A stretch of 64,000 nucleotides of DNA from Escherichia coli (lineage in GTDB: Bacteria > Pseudomonadota > Gammaproteobacteria > Enterobacterales > Enterobacteriaceae): NCBI RefSeq assembly GCF_003018255.1, contig NZ_CP027440.1. The stretch is one strand, 5' to 3'. This document shows positions 44,710 to 55,620 of this stretch, piece after piece. Both the position numbers and the translations under genes were made by a program. Positions within the stretch are counted from its first letter, which is position 1. Each line of letters begins with the position of its first letter. The notes under the pieces were generated by a model. That model was not told where the DNA came from. It saw nothing but the letters and a program-made list of their open reading frames with translations, and searched no databases.

Positions 44710-44738
44710 AAAAAGCCTGCTTTCTAGCAGGCTTTTTG
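44710..44738. terminator. Terminator hairpin after asnV
   Basis: AAAAGCCTGC...GCAGGCTTTTT. Confidence 0.6.
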
Positions 44739-44758
44739 CTTTCTAATTACCAACGCTC

Positions 44759-45694
44759 TTAAAACATCTGTCTTGAACCAGAACTAATTTGCACAGGCAT
44801 TCCCGATCGACGTTGCAACGCAGCATTTGCGCGATTCACATCAACTTCTTGCCCGTTGATAAACGCCCGCAAAGATGGGGTTACCGGCAATGGCACTTTT
44901 CGGTCAGACTCATATTCAGCACGATTGCGCGATAGCGGCTCATGAACTTCCAGCCACTTTGAACCATCCGGTTCCGTTGTGTATTTCACTGGCTGGTCGA
45001 TAATTTGCACACGAGTACCTACAGGAACATTATCAAACAGATATTTGATATCGTCATTGCGCAGACGAATACAGCCCTGACTTACCCGGAGCCCAATACC
45101 AAAATTGGCATTGGTACCGTGGATGGCATACAACCTGCCAATATAAATCGCGTACAGCCCCATGGGATTATCGGGCCCCGCAGGAACAAATGCGGGCAAA
45201 CTCTCCCCTCGTTTCGCATATTCGCGCCGGGTGTTCGGCGTTGGCGTCCAGGTTGGTGCTTCTTGTTTACGTTCAACGGTAGTCACCCAGTTACGCGGGG
45301 TTTCTCGCCCAGCCTGGCCGATACCAATAGGAAAGACTTCCACAGTATTACTGTCTGGTGGGTAGTAATAAAGACGCATCTCAGCGACGTTAACCACAAT
45401 CCCTTTACGAATAGTGGCGGGCAAAATCAGTTGCTGCGGAATGGTGAGTTGCGAGCCTGACTTCGGCAAGAAAACATCAGCGCCCGGATTCGCTTCCAGC
45501 ATGTTACTTAACCCTTGCCCGTATTGTGCGGCAAAAGTCTCCAGCGGCTGGGTATTGTGATCAGGAACAGTTACAGTAAGCGACTGTCCCACTAAACGGC
45601 TACCCTCTGGAGGTAATGGATAAGTTACCGCCAGGCTATTATGGCTGGCAAAAAGTAGAGCAAATGAGCAAAAAATATTTACACGACGCATCAT
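44759..45694 (-). CDS. ldtA: L,D-transpeptidase
   Basis: 311 aa with signal peptide and YkuD domain (GTNANFGIG...SQGCIRL). Confidence 0.9.
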   Translation of the reverse strand: MMRRVNIFCSFALLFASHNSLAVTYPLPPEGSRLVGQSLTVTVPDHNTQPLETFAAQYGQGLSNMLEANPGADVFLPKSGSQLTIPQQLILPATIRKGIVVNVAEMRLYYYPPDSNTVEVFPIGIGQAGRETPRNWVTTVERKQEAPTWTPTPNTRREYAKRGESLPAFVPAGPDNPMGLYAIYIGRLYAIHGTNANFGIGLRVSQGCIRLRNDDIKYLFDNVPVGTRVQIIDQPVKYTTEPDGSKWLEVHEPLSRNRAEYESDRKVPLPVTPSLRAFINGQEVDVNRANAALQRRSGMPVQISSGSRQMF

Positions 45695-45755
45695 GTCCCT
45701 TTCCTAAGTCGCGAAAGCTATCGGTTAAGTATAGCTTTTATCAGACTTTTCGTTT

Positions 45756-46835
45756 TTAACTGTTCAAATCAGAAGTCGTATTCCCCGGTAGAACAATATT
45801 ACTGGCAGCAAGTTCGCCCATGTTGTTGTATATCGCACAAGCAGCTTCGATGATGGGCATCGCCAGAGCTGCGCCACTCCCCTCACCTAAACGCATCTCC
45901 ATATTGAGATAAGGCTCCAGCCCCAAATGCGACAGCGCTATACGCGCCCCTTTTTCTGCCGACAGGTGAGAAGGAATGAGATACGGTTTGATTGCAGGAG
46001 ACATCTGGCAGGCTGCGAGCGCAGCAGCATAAGAAAGAAATCCATCCAGCAACACGGGTAAACCGCAGGACGCAGCGCCTAACATCACGCCAGCCATTCC
46101 GACCAAATCAAATCCACCCACTTTTGCCAGGACATCAACGCCATCCTGCGTATTTGGTTGATTCAACGTAATCGCCCGGCGCACAACATCAATTTTATTA
46201 GCCAGTTTATCTGTCGGCAGGTTTGCGCCAATCCCAACCACTTCTTCAGGAGCCCGACCAGTGATTGTGCTCACTATCGCCGCTGCCGGTGTCGTGTTTG
46301 CCATCCCCAATTCACCTACACCAAACAGCGTGACACCGTTTTTTGCCAGATCCCGCGTATAGCATATGACGTCCAAAAGCAACGTTTCAGCCTGACGGCG
46401 ACTCATTGCCGGAGCTGAAGCAATATTGTCGCTACCTCGTGCGACACGCATGTTGATAAGCCCGGGGATAGGCTCAGCAGTATCAATACCAACATCAATT
46501 ACGTGGACGCTAGCGCCCGCTTGTGCTGCCAGCACACACACGCCGGTTGTTCCGCGGGTCATATTTTCAGCCTGAATGGCTGTCACTTCTTTTGGGGAAA
46601 TAGCGACCCCTTCCTCCCAGACGCCGTGATCGGCACACATAACCAGTACCGCTTTTTTGCCCACATGCGGTATGCCATTCAACCCCGGCATTCCCGCCAG
46701 TTGTACGCCAAGCGCCTCCAGCCTTCCCAGGCTACCAACAGGTTTGAGTAACCCGTCAATATGCCGTTGTGCACGCGACATAGCGGCAGGATCGATGGCA
46801 GGGATCGTATTCAGTAAATTGGCAAGTGTTTGCAT
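45756..46835 (-). CDS. cobT: Nicotinate-nucleotide--dimethylbenzimidazole phosphoribosyltransferase
   Basis: 359 aa. Confidence 0.9.
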   Translation of the reverse strand: MQTLANLLNTIPAIDPAAMSRAQRHIDGLLKPVGSLGRLEALGVQLAGMPGLNGIPHVGKKAVLVMCADHGVWEEGVAISPKEVTAIQAENMTRGTTGVCVLAAQAGASVHVIDVGIDTAEPIPGLINMRVARGSDNIASAPAMSRRQAETLLLDVICYTRDLAKNGVTLFGVGELGMANTTPAAAIVSTITGRAPEEVVGIGANLPTDKLANKIDVVRRAITLNQPNTQDGVDVLAKVGGFDLVGMAGVMLGAASCGLPVLLDGFLSYAAALAACQMSPAIKPYLIPSHLSAEKGARIALSHLGLEPYLNMEMRLGEGSGAALAMPIIEAACAIYNNMGELAASNIVLPGNTTSDLNS

Positions 46836-46846
46836 GTCACGTCTCT

Positions 46847-47590
46847 TTATAGCAGTGCCAGCAGGAAGACCAGTTCACCAAGCTCTATGGCTGCTCCCAG
46901 CGTATCGCCGGTTTGCCCGCCCAGCGTACGTTTGAGAAGCTGACCGAGGATGAAAATCGCCACCATCGTCACCACCATAGCAGCCACACCATGCATACCT
47001 GGCAATAATACAGCAGCAAAAATAGCGGCTAAACCGAGTGTGACGCAGGTTTGTCGCCCATCAATTTTGCCAATGAACACATTGCCAAGCCCTTCTTCCC
47101 GGGCATAACGATGACGATACATCAATAATGCGGCAGTCCCGCGGCTAACCGCGCATGCTGCCGCCAGCGATGCAAGGATCGGTTCGCCACGCAGAGCCAA
47201 TTCGCTTAACACCAGAATCTTTGCCAGTACAACAAAAATCAATGCCAGACCGCCGTGGGTGCCTAAACGGCTATCACGCATGATTTCCAACATGCGATCG
47301 CGGCTACGTGCAGAAAATACGCCATCACAGGTATCGGCGAGGCCGTCCAGGTGGAATCCCCCGGTCATCAGCGCCAGCACCAGCACGCTAAACAGTGCCG
47401 CCAGTGGTACGCCACACCATGCCTGCAGCACCATGAAGACCAGCCCGCTAATCGCGCCAAGCAATAAACCAATTAAAGGAAAAGTAATAATACCGCGAGA
47501 ATAATGCTCGAAATCCAATCCCTGGGACCAGCGACGCGGCACAGGCAGACGCGTAATAAAAGAGAGCATCGCCCAAAATAATTTACTCAT
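46847..47590 (-). CDS. cobS: Cobalamin (5'-phosphate) synthase
   Basis: Start MSKLFWAML gives 247 aa; ATGA overlap with cobU. Confidence 0.9.
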   Translation of the reverse strand: MSKLFWAMLSFITRLPVPRRWSQGLDFEHYSRGIITFPLIGLLLGAISGLVFMVLQAWCGVPLAALFSVLVLALMTGGFHLDGLADTCDGVFSARSRDRMLEIMRDSRLGTHGGLALIFVVLAKILVLSELALRGEPILASLAAACAVSRGTAALLMYRHRYAREEGLGNVFIGKIDGRQTCVTLGLAAIFAAVLLPGMHGVAAMVVTMVAIFILGQLLKRTLGGQTGDTLGAAIELGELVFLLALL

Positions 47591-48132
47591 TTGATTTTTA
47601 CTCCAATACCCGAAACCACCAGCCACACTTCATTTGCCGCAGCGGCCAGCTGCTGATTTACCCGCCCGGCAATATCACGAAAATGTCGTGCCAGACGACT
47701 CTCCGGCACAATCCCCATTCCCACTTCGTTAGTCACTAATACAACCTTTGCGGGGCAACGTTGGCAGGCAGCAATCAACGACTGAATCTCAGCATTAATC
47801 GCCTGTTCCATCGCCTGATAATCCCATTCATCAGGGTCTTTATCTCCGCCATAATCAAACAACAGATTAGTCACCATTGTGGTAACGCATTCCAGCAACA
47901 CAGTTTCATGCGGGTTAATGTCTGCATGAATTAATTCATCAAGATGTTGCCAGCGCTCCACCGTGCGCCAGTGCGCCGGGCGGCCTTGCCGATGATGTTC
48001 TATCCGTGCAGCCATCTCATTATCAAGGATTTGAGAGGTGGCGATATACAGAACCTGTGAAGAGTCCCCAATAAGCGCCTCTGCGTGGCGACTCTTCCCG
48101 CTCCGTGCGCCCCCCGTCACCAAAATCATCAT
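47587..48132 (-). CDS. cobU: Adenosylcobinamide kinase / guanylyltransferase
   Basis: Start [14 protein letters not shown] (P-loop) gives about 181 aa. Confidence 0.9.
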   Translation of the reverse strand: MMILVTGGARSGKSRHAEALIGDSSQVLYIATSQILDNEMAARIEHHRQGRPAHWRTVERWQHLDELIHADINPHETVLLECVTTMVTNLLFDYGGDKDPDEWDYQAMEQAINAEIQSLIAACQRCPAKVVLVTNEVGMGIVPESRLARHFRDIAGRVNQQLAAAANEVWLVVSGIGVKIK

Positions 48133-48264
48133 ACCGACTCCTGATTCAATTGTATGATGGTATTCATTGAACAGAACAATGGATCCCCACCGTTGCTGAC
48201 CGCAAAACATTTACGCGATTAATACTGCGCGTAATACAATTAAAAATCCAGCATTCTCAATCCA

Positions 48265-48771
48265 TTACGAAAGAAGATGGCATTGCGGGATAGCCAGACT
48301 TCCTCGTGTTAACGTACGACAAAATGCGTCATTGACAGCGGTTTCTCTGGAATGACAGATTTCATTCAGATAATGGATTAATGCTACAGCCCCACCAGCC
48401 GGACCAGTCAGCAAACGGGCATTGTGTTCTGCAATCACAATTACCGTCGTTCCTTCAGAATGAGCGAGCCATTCTGGTACGGATATCTCGCTTTCAGCTG
48501 CTATCAATAGCAGCACTGAATAATCGCCATACACATCTGATAACGATTGCACAGGCCCACCGTCAAGAGGCTGGAAATCTTGCTGCCAGTCCTCACCAAC
48601 AAAACAGGTTATTGGCAATATTTCAGCCAGATGTTTCGCCAGGTCCACATCTCCAGATAAGAGGCAAAAAAGAGCTATCGATTCGGGTTTTATCGTTTTC
48701 ATGCCTCTCGCCCTCCACTTAGTTTCCTGTAATGTCGGTCTGGTTGATGAGCCATGAAACAAGATTGCCAC
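48265..48771 (-). CDS. Hypothetical protein, possibly a fused remnant of the deleted cbi operon
   Basis: 168 aa ORF lying exactly where cbiA to cbiP sit in Salmonella, downstream of the riboswitch; no motif recognised. Confidence 0.35.
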   Translation of the reverse strand: MAILFHGSSTRPTLQETKWRARGMKTIKPESIALFCLLSGDVDLAKHLAEILPITCFVGEDWQQDFQPLDGGPVQSLSDVYGDYSVLLLIAAESEISVPEWLAHSEGTTVIVIAEHNARLLTGPAGGAVALIHYLNEICHSRETAVNDAFCRTLTRGSLAIPQCHLLS

Positions 48772-48929
48772 ACCTTAAGTGCAGCCCTGGTGCCTGTCGG
48801 CACTGCGATGAAAGAACTAAATGATGCCGCCATACCCTGATCCTTTCAGGGTGGTAGGGGTATAAAGACGCGCCTGTACTCTACTGGACGCTTCCGGGCA
48901 ACCCACTTCCCACCGAAGTTGTTGGTAAT

Positions 48930-49075
48930 GACTGACTGGCTGGTCTTCTGGCTTAGCGTCATCCTCTCCCGACCTTCCCAATCTCGCGATCAGTGGCATT
49001 TTCGGGTTTGTCAGCATTACAGCAGCGGGGGCTGCGAGGGATTTTCACCCTCTTCCCAGGCACAAATGTGCCACA
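48930..49075 (-). promoter_or_regulatory. Cobalamin (adenosylcobalamin) riboswitch aptamer, cbi-leader type
   Basis: Minus strand reads GGGAAGAGGGTGAAAATCCCTCGCAGCCCCCGCTGCTGTAA...GCCACTGATCGCGAGATTGGGAAGG...AGCCAGAAGACCAGCC, matching conserved riboswitch core and B12-box consensus. Confidence 0.8.
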
Positions 49076-49186
49076 CCTGTCAGCGTATGTTATGAGCTGA
49101 TTTCACTTTTCCCATAACAGGTAAATAACGTTAATTATTCATTGCAGAGTTTATTTAAACCGTCCTCTTTTTTTGGGGCATTTACT

Positions 49187-50101
49187 CTATACCGTTTCCA
49201 TCGCCGCATTTTCATTCACTTGCTGTCGATACACCTGCGGCGTAACCTGATAAGTCTGACGGAAAACTTTGCAAAAATAACTGGTTTGCGAAAAACCTAA
49301 ATTACGCGCAATGCTGGCGATGCTCCAGTCACTATGGCACAGTAACTCACGAGCGCTGGCCATCCGTTGTTGGTTTACCCACGCATTAAACCCAATCCCA
49401 TGGTATTTCTTAAATAACTTGCTGAAATAATAAGGGCTTAGATAAACGTGCGAGGCGACATCTTCCAGACGCAAATCGTCTGATAAATGCGCATCAATAT
49501 AGCGTAAAGCTTTTTTCATTTTATTGTCGTGGGGACCAGGCGCACGAGTCTGGCGCACCGAATCTGACTGAAATTTGTTCTCTTTAATAACAACAAAATT
49601 GAGTTGTTTTTTGAGGCAATTTTCCACAATCAACTTCAACAAATCAGCAGAGGCCATAACTCTTGAGTAATCCATCTCTGGGACTTTGCGAAATTCATTA
49701 AGTAATTCGGGATCTGCCTGCCAGCAATCATCGACATTCAGAATATCGACCAAATCGACATCATCATTACGCAGACGAACTTGCCCGCACAATACAAAAC
49801 CAACTAAATGTCCGGCGATTACCAGTGGAATAGAGAAATCGGTTAATCCGGCATGACAGCGATAAATACAAGGCTGATCGGATTTAGAGGCTTCCAGGCC
49901 CCCACAACGATCGCTCATGCGACATCGAGTACTCAGCTGAGGGTGTTGCCGCATCATCTGACAAAATGGAGTGAAGTTAAACAGCTCGGAAATTTCATCG
50001 CCGTGAATATTGACCACGACAACCGCAAGGCTGGTCGCCTGCGCAAAATCCTGCGCGATTTTATTAATGAGTTCTGAATTAAGTGTCGCCGCAGAAATCA
50101 T
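49187..50101 (-). CDS. pocR: AraC-family regulator of the pdu/cob regulon
   Basis: 304 aa; C-terminal AraC HTH. Confidence 0.9.
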   Translation of the reverse strand: MISAATLNSELINKIAQDFAQATSLAVVVVNIHGDEISELFNFTPFCQMMRQHPQLSTRCRMSDRCGGLEASKSDQPCIYRCHAGLTDFSIPLVIAGHLVGFVLCGQVRLRNDDVDLVDILNVDDCWQADPELLNEFRKVPEMDYSRVMASADLLKLIVENCLKKQLNFVVIKENKFQSDSVRQTRAPGPHDNKMKKALRYIDAHLSDDLRLEDVASHVYLSPYYFSKLFKKYHGIGFNAWVNQQRMASARELLCHSDWSIASIARNLGFSQTSYFCKVFRQTYQVTPQVYRQQVNENAAMETV

Positions 50102-50303
50102 GATAAAACCTCCCAGTTAATTTATTGTTATAGCAAAACAATTGTTTTACATTTAATCTTCACATCATCCTTGATGATTTACTGACGAGAAGCACAAAGG
50201 ACAATAACAAAAGCCTCCGTGAAGCGGGAGACTTTTTAATAAGTTCGGAAAGCAGATCACAAACAGTAAAAAAATAAACGTTTATAACTGCCAGATTATT
50301 TCG

Positions 50304-51113
50304 TTATTCGCTGATTTCTTTAGGCGTTACACTATTGACAGGTAAATTCTTTGCAATGAGATAGCGATAAATCGCCGCACCAACACATGCCCCAATGATC
50401 GGTGCAATAATGGGTACAATGAAATAAGGAATATTGCGTCCACCAGTCATCGCAATTTCCCCCCAACCCGCAAACCAGGTGAAAATTTTAGGTCCAAAAT
50501 CACGCGCTGGATTCATGGCAAAACCGGTTAATGGTCCGGTAGAAGCACCAATAACAGCAACCAGAATACCAATAAGTAAAGGCGCAAGCGGTCCTTTGGG
50601 TACGCCATTACCGTCATCGGTCAACGCCATAATCAACCCCATTAACATGGACGTTATGACCACTTCGACCAACGCAGCTTGCCATACATTAATCGCCGCT
50701 GCCGGATAAGTACTGAAGATACTGGCGAGTTGTAAACTTTCTGCGCTACCACGCACCATATTGTGAGCAGATTCAAAATCGGTAAATAAACTGCTGTAGA
50801 GAGAATATGCCAGAACCGCACCACCAAAGGCACCCGCTAATTGCGCCACACAAAATGGCAGCACTTTACGGGCTGGGAAAGAGGCAAACAGCCACAGAGC
50901 AATGGTAACTGCCGGGTTGAGATGAGCGCCGGAAATACCTGCCGTAAGGTAAACAGCAAGCGAAATCCCTAACCCCCAAATGATACAAATTTCCCACAGT
51001 CCCAGACTTGCCCCGGCAAGTTTCAGGGCGCACAAACAACCAATGCCAAAAAAGAGGAACAGTCCGGTGCCTAAAAACTCGGCAACGCATTGCGCCTTGA
51101 GTGAATCATTCAT
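50304..51113 (-). CDS. pduF: Propanediol diffusion facilitator (MIP/aquaporin family)
   Basis: Start MNDSLKAQ; NPA motifs (HLNPAVT, MNPARD). Confidence 0.9.
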   Translation of the reverse strand: MNDSLKAQCVAEFLGTGLFLFFGIGCLCALKLAGASLGLWEICIIWGLGISLAVYLTAGISGAHLNPAVTIALWLFASFPARKVLPFCVAQLAGAFGGAVLAYSLYSSLFTDFESAHNMVRGSAESLQLASIFSTYPAAAINVWQAALVEVVITSMLMGLIMALTDDGNGVPKGPLAPLLIGILVAVIGASTGPLTGFAMNPARDFGPKIFTWFAGWGEIAMTGGRNIPYFIVPIIAPIIGACVGAAIYRYLIAKNLPVNSVTPKEISE

Positions 51114-51623
51114 AGTGACACCTTCTTTACGGAGTTTTTCTTTATCAGCCAACTATGCGCTGATTGTTGTGTATACCGAGCGTAACTATAAAAAATTGCT
51201 CTGCAGAAAATATTGCCAACATGCATGACAGACTCGTGTAAAAATCGTGCTAACATAACAAATTATTGTCATTGCCGAATCATGCAACACAGCGTTAATC
51301 AGTGTTGAAAGTAATAATTACTGTCAAACTTTCACAATAAAAAATTGCCATCATGATATAATAAAATTGAAACAAATATCACAGTTCCTTCCTCGAACTA
51401 AACTCAACGAAATATTACTCGCGATTAAACTCACTAGCCAACGCAATTAATTCACATTGAAATATCCACAAAACAACTAATAAATTAACAACATATAGTT
51501 CATAAAAGCAATTTTATAATATTTGTTCTCTATTAATTTTCTCATTAGCCGATTAAGTCAGCCATTCTTTTTCCTCGCTTTTTTTTATAGTCATATCGTC
51601 AAAAAAATCCAGGCGAGGTCTTT

Positions 51624-51908
51624 ATGCAACAAGAAGCGTTAGGAATGGTAGAAACCAAAGGCTTAACTGCCGCCATAGAGGCCGCAGACGCCATGGTGAA
51701 GTCGGCAAATGTTTTGCTGGTCGGCTACGAAAAAATAGGTTCCGGGCTGGTGACCGTCATCGTTCGTGGTGATGTCGGGGCGGTAAAAGCGGCAACAGAC
51801 GCAGGTGCCGCAGCTGCGCGTAACGTCGGCGAAGTAAAAGCCGTACATGTTATTCCCCGCCCACATACCGATGTCGAAAAAATCTTACCAAAGGGAATTA
51901 ACCCATGA
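51624..51908 (+). CDS. pduA: Microcompartment shell protein (BMC-H)
   Basis: 94 aa BMC domain. Confidence 0.9.
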   Translation: MQQEALGMVETKGLTAAIEAADAMVKSANVLLVGYEKIGSGLVTVIVRGDVGAVKAATDAGAAAARNVGEVKAVHVIPRPHTDVEKILPKGINP

Positions 51909-52717
51909 GCAGCAATGAACTGGTCAAACAGATCATGGCGCAGGTCATCGCTCGCGTAGCGACGCCAGAGCATGAGGTTCTCCCGAAAACCACTCATCAA
52001 ATACGAGAGACGGCTATGGCAGAAAAAAGCTGCACGTTAACAGAATTTGTTGGCACCGCTATTGGCGACACTGTAGGTCTGGTCATTGCGAACGTTGATA
52101 GCGCCCTGTTGGACGCGATGAAGCTTGAAAAACGCTATCGTTCCATTGGCATTCTGGGTGCGCGTATTGGCGCAGGGCCACACATTATGGCCGCTGATGA
52201 AGCGGTAAAAGCCACCAACACTGAAGTTATTAGCATTGAACTTCCTCGGGATACTAAAGGCGGTGCCGGACACGGCTCATTGATCCTCTTAGGTGGCAAC
52301 GATGTTTCCGACGTGAAACGCGGTATTGAAGTCGCCCTGAAAGAACTCGATCGGACCTTTGGCGATGTCTATGCCAACGAAGCCGGACATCTTGAGCTGC
52401 AATATACCGCCCGCGCCAGCTATGCACTGGAAAAAGCGTTTGGTGCACCATTGGGACGGGCTTGCGGCGTTATTGTCGGCGCTCCGGCTGCTGTGGGTGT
52501 TCTGATGGCAGACACCGCGCTGAAGTCCGCCAATGTGGATGTTGTGGCATACAGCTCCCCCGCTCAAGGCACCAGCTACAGCAATGAAGTCATTCTGATT
52601 ATCTCGGGTGACTCCGGCGCAGTCCGCCAGGCGGTCATCTCCGCACGCGAAATCGGTAAAACCGTGCTTTCGACTCTCGGCGATACACCGAAAAACGATC
52701 GCCCTTCCTACATCTGA
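51905..52717 (+). CDS. pduB: Microcompartment shell protein, tandem BMC
   Basis: 270 aa; an internal Met about 37 codons in could give the shorter PduB' form. Confidence 0.9.
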   Translation: MSSNELVKQIMAQVIARVATPEHEVLPKTTHQIRETAMAEKSCTLTEFVGTAIGDTVGLVIANVDSALLDAMKLEKRYRSIGILGARIGAGPHIMAADEAVKATNTEVISIELPRDTKGGAGHGSLILLGGNDVSDVKRGIEVALKELDRTFGDVYANEAGHLELQYTARASYALEKAFGAPLGRACGVIVGAPAAVGVLMADTALKSANVDVVAYSSPAQGTSYSNEVILIISGDSGAVRQAVISAREIGKTVLSTLGDTPKNDRPSYI

Positions 52718-52735
52718 ATTCTCTGAGGCAGATTT

Positions 52736-54400
52736 ATGAGATCGAAAAGATTTGAAGCACTGGCAAAACGCCCGGTCAACCAGGACGGTTTCGTTAAAGA
52801 GTGGATTGAAGAAGGCTTCATTGCGATGGAAAGCCCGAACGATCCTAAACCGTCAATCAAAATTGTTAACGGCGTCGTTACCGAACTGGATGGAAAACCC
52901 GCCAGCCAGTTTGACCTGATCGACCACTTTATCGCCCGCTACGGCATCAATCTCGCGCGCGCCGAAGAAGTCATCGCGATGGATTCGGTAAAACTTGCCA
53001 ATATGTTGTGCGATCCAAATGTCAAACGTAGCGATATCGTTCCCCTTACCACAGCAATGACGCCTGCAAAAATCGTCGAAGTGGTTTCGCAGATGAACGT
53101 GGTAGAGATGATGATGGCGATGCAGAAAATGCGCGCCCGTCGAACACCATCACAACAGGCTCACGTCACCAACGTTAAAGATAACCCGGTACAAATTGCC
53201 GCCGACGCAGCTGAAGGCGCATGGCGCGGGTTTGATGAACAGGAAACCACCGTTGCCGTTGCTCGCTATGCACCGTTCAACGCCATCGCCCTGCTGGTCG
53301 GCTCACAGGTGGGACGTCCGGGCGTCTTGACCCAGTGTTCACTGGAAGAAGCCACCGAACTGAAACTCGGTATGTTAGGCCACACCTGTTACGCCGAAAC
53401 AATTTCTGTCTATGGTACAGAACCTGTTTTCACCGATGGCGATGATACCCCGTGGTCAAAAGGGTTTCTCGCGTCATCCTATGCGTCTCGCGGCTTAAAA
53501 ATGCGCTTTACTTCCGGCTCCGGCTCTGAAGTACAGATGGGTTACGCGGAAGGCAAATCAATGCTTTATCTCGAGGCTCGATGCATTTACATCACCAAAG
53601 CCGCAGGCGTTCAGGGTCTGCAGAATGGTTCGGTAAGCTGTATCGGTGTTCCATCAGCTGTGCCATCAGGCATCCGCGCAGTATTAGCGGAAAACTTAAT
53701 TTGCTCATCGCTGGATCTGGAATGCGCCTCCAGTAATGACCAGACCTTTACCCACTCGGATATGCGCCGTACCGCACGTTTCCTGATGCAATTTCTGCCA
53801 GGTACCGACTTTATCTCTTCCGGTTTTTCCGCTGTGCCGAACTACGACAACATGTTTGCTGGTTCAAACGAAGATGCTGAAGACTTCGATGATTACAACG
53901 TCATTCAGCGTGACCTGAAGGTTGATGGCGGCCTGCGACCAGTACGCGAAGAAGATGTTATCGCTATCCGCAATAAAGCCGCTCGCGCTTTACAGGCTGT
54001 CTTTGCCGGTATGGGACTACCGCCTATTACCGATGAAGAAGTCGAAGCGGCAACCTATGCCCACGGTTCAAAAGATATGCCTGAGCGCAATATTGTAGAA
54101 GACATCAAGTTCGCCCAGGAGATTATCAATAAAAACCGGAACAGCCTGGAAGTGGTGAAAGCCCTGGCGCAAGGCGGTTTTACCGATGTCGCCCAGGACA
54201 TGCTCAACATGCAAAAAGCAAAACTGACCGGCGATTATCTCCATACCTCAGCCATCATCGTCGATGACGGACAAGTGCTCTCTGCGGTCAATGACGTCAA
54301 TGATTACGCCGGACCGGCTACAGGTTACCGCCTGCAAGGGGAACGCTGGGAAGAGATCAAAAATATTCCCGGTGCACTTGATCCCAACGAAATTGACTAA
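52736..54400 (+). CDS. pduC: B12-dependent diol dehydratase large subunit
   Basis: 554 aa. Confidence 0.95.
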   Translation: MRSKRFEALAKRPVNQDGFVKEWIEEGFIAMESPNDPKPSIKIVNGVVTELDGKPASQFDLIDHFIARYGINLARAEEVIAMDSVKLANMLCDPNVKRSDIVPLTTAMTPAKIVEVVSQMNVVEMMMAMQKMRARRTPSQQAHVTNVKDNPVQIAADAAEGAWRGFDEQETTVAVARYAPFNAIALLVGSQVGRPGVLTQCSLEEATELKLGMLGHTCYAETISVYGTEPVFTDGDDTPWSKGFLASSYASRGLKMRFTSGSGSEVQMGYAEGKSMLYLEARCIYITKAAGVQGLQNGSVSCIGVPSAVPSGIRAVLAENLICSSLDLECASSNDQTFTHSDMRRTARFLMQFLPGTDFISSGFSAVPNYDNMFAGSNEDAEDFDDYNVIQRDLKVDGGLRPVREEDVIAIRNKAARALQAVFAGMGLPPITDEEVEAATYAHGSKDMPERNIVEDIKFAQEIINKNRNSLEVVKALAQGGFTDVAQDMLNMQKAKLTGDYLHTSAIIVDDGQVLSAVNDVNDYAGPATGYRLQGERWEEIKNIPGALDPNEID

Positions 54401-54409
54401 GGGTGAGAA

Positions 54410-55078
54410 ATGGAAATTAACGAAAAATTACTGCGTCAGATTATCGAAGACGTGCTGGCAGAAATGCAAACCAGCGACAAGCCCGTTTCATTTCGCGCAC
54501 CTGTCTCTGCAACTGCCTCTTCCGCGCCAGATACCGGAAATTTTCTGACCGAAATTGGCGAAGCCCAACAAGGCACTCAGCAAGATGAAGTCATTATTGC
54601 TGTAGGCCCGGCGTTCGGCCTGGCGCAAACCGTCAATATCATCGGTATTCCGCATAAAAACATTTTGCGCGAAGTGATTGCCGGTATCGAAGAAGAAGGC
54701 ATTAAAGCCCGTGTGATTCGCTGCTTTAAATCGTCCGATGTCGCATTCGTAGCAGTCGAAGGCGATCGTCTTAGTGGTTCAGGTATTGCTATCGGTATTC
54801 AGTCGAAAGGCACAACGGTTATCCACCAGCAGGGACTTCCTCCCTTGTCTAACCTGGAACTTTTCCCACAAGCGCCTTTGTTGACGCTGGATACTTATCG
54901 TCAGATTGGCAAAAACGCCGCGCGTTATGCGAAGCGCGAGTCTCCACAACCGGTGCCGACCCTCAACGATCAAATGGCGCGGCCGAAATACCAGGCCAAA
55001 TCTGCCATTTTGCATATTAAAGAGACGAAGTACGTGGTCACTGGCAAAAAACCGCAAGAACTGCGCGTGACGTTTTAA
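54410..55078 (+). CDS. pduD: Diol dehydratase medium subunit
   Basis: 222 aa. Confidence 0.9.
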   Translation: MEINEKLLRQIIEDVLAEMQTSDKPVSFRAPVSATASSAPDTGNFLTEIGEAQQGTQQDEVIIAVGPAFGLAQTVNIIGIPHKNILREVIAGIEEEGIKARVIRCFKSSDVAFVAVEGDRLSGSGIAIGIQSKGTTVIHQQGLPPLSNLELFPQAPLLTLDTYRQIGKNAARYAKRESPQPVPTLNDQMARPKYQAKSAILHIKETKYVVTGKKPQELRVTF

Positions 55079-55092
55079 CAAAGGAAACCTTC

Positions 55093-55611
55093 ATGAATAC
55101 CGATGCAATTGAGTCGATGGTCAGGGACGTGTTGAACCGCATGAACAGTTTACAGGATGCAGCTCCTGTTTCTGCGGTCCCCAGCGAGTCAATACAGAGC
55201 GCCAAAGTGACGGATTACCCGCTGGCAAATAAACATCCGGAATGGGTTAAAACAGCAACCAATAAAACGCTCGACGATTTCACTCTGGAAAATGTGCTCA
55301 GCGATAACGTCACCGCCCAGGATATGCGCATTACCCCTGAAACATTGCGTATTCAGGCTGCGATTGCCAGAGATGCTGGTCGCGATCGCCTGGCGATGAA
55401 TTTTGAACGCGCCGCTGAGCTTACCTCAGTACCGGATGATCGCATCCTCGAAATCTACAATGCGTTACGCCCTTATCGTTCGACTAAGCAAGAGCTTATT
55501 GCCATTGCTGACGATCTTGAACGGCGTTATCAGGCCAAAATTTGTGCTGCATTTGTCCGTGAAGCTGCGGAACTTTATGTCGAGCGCAAAAAACTGAAAG
55601 GCGACGATTAA
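55093..55611 (+). CDS. pduE: Diol dehydratase small subunit
   Basis: 172 aa. Confidence 0.9.
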   Translation: MNTDAIESMVRDVLNRMNSLQDAAPVSAVPSESIQSAKVTDYPLANKHPEWVKTATNKTLDDFTLENVLSDNVTAQDMRITPETLRIQAAIARDAGRDRLAMNFERAAELTSVPDDRILEIYNALRPYRSTKQELIAIADDLERRYQAKICAAFVREAAELYVERKKLKGDD

Positions 55612-55620
55612 GGACGAACT

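Noticed and set aside
48817-49017. 66-aa minus-strand ORF
   Set aside because: Lies inside the cobalamin riboswitch aptamer; better explained as RNA.
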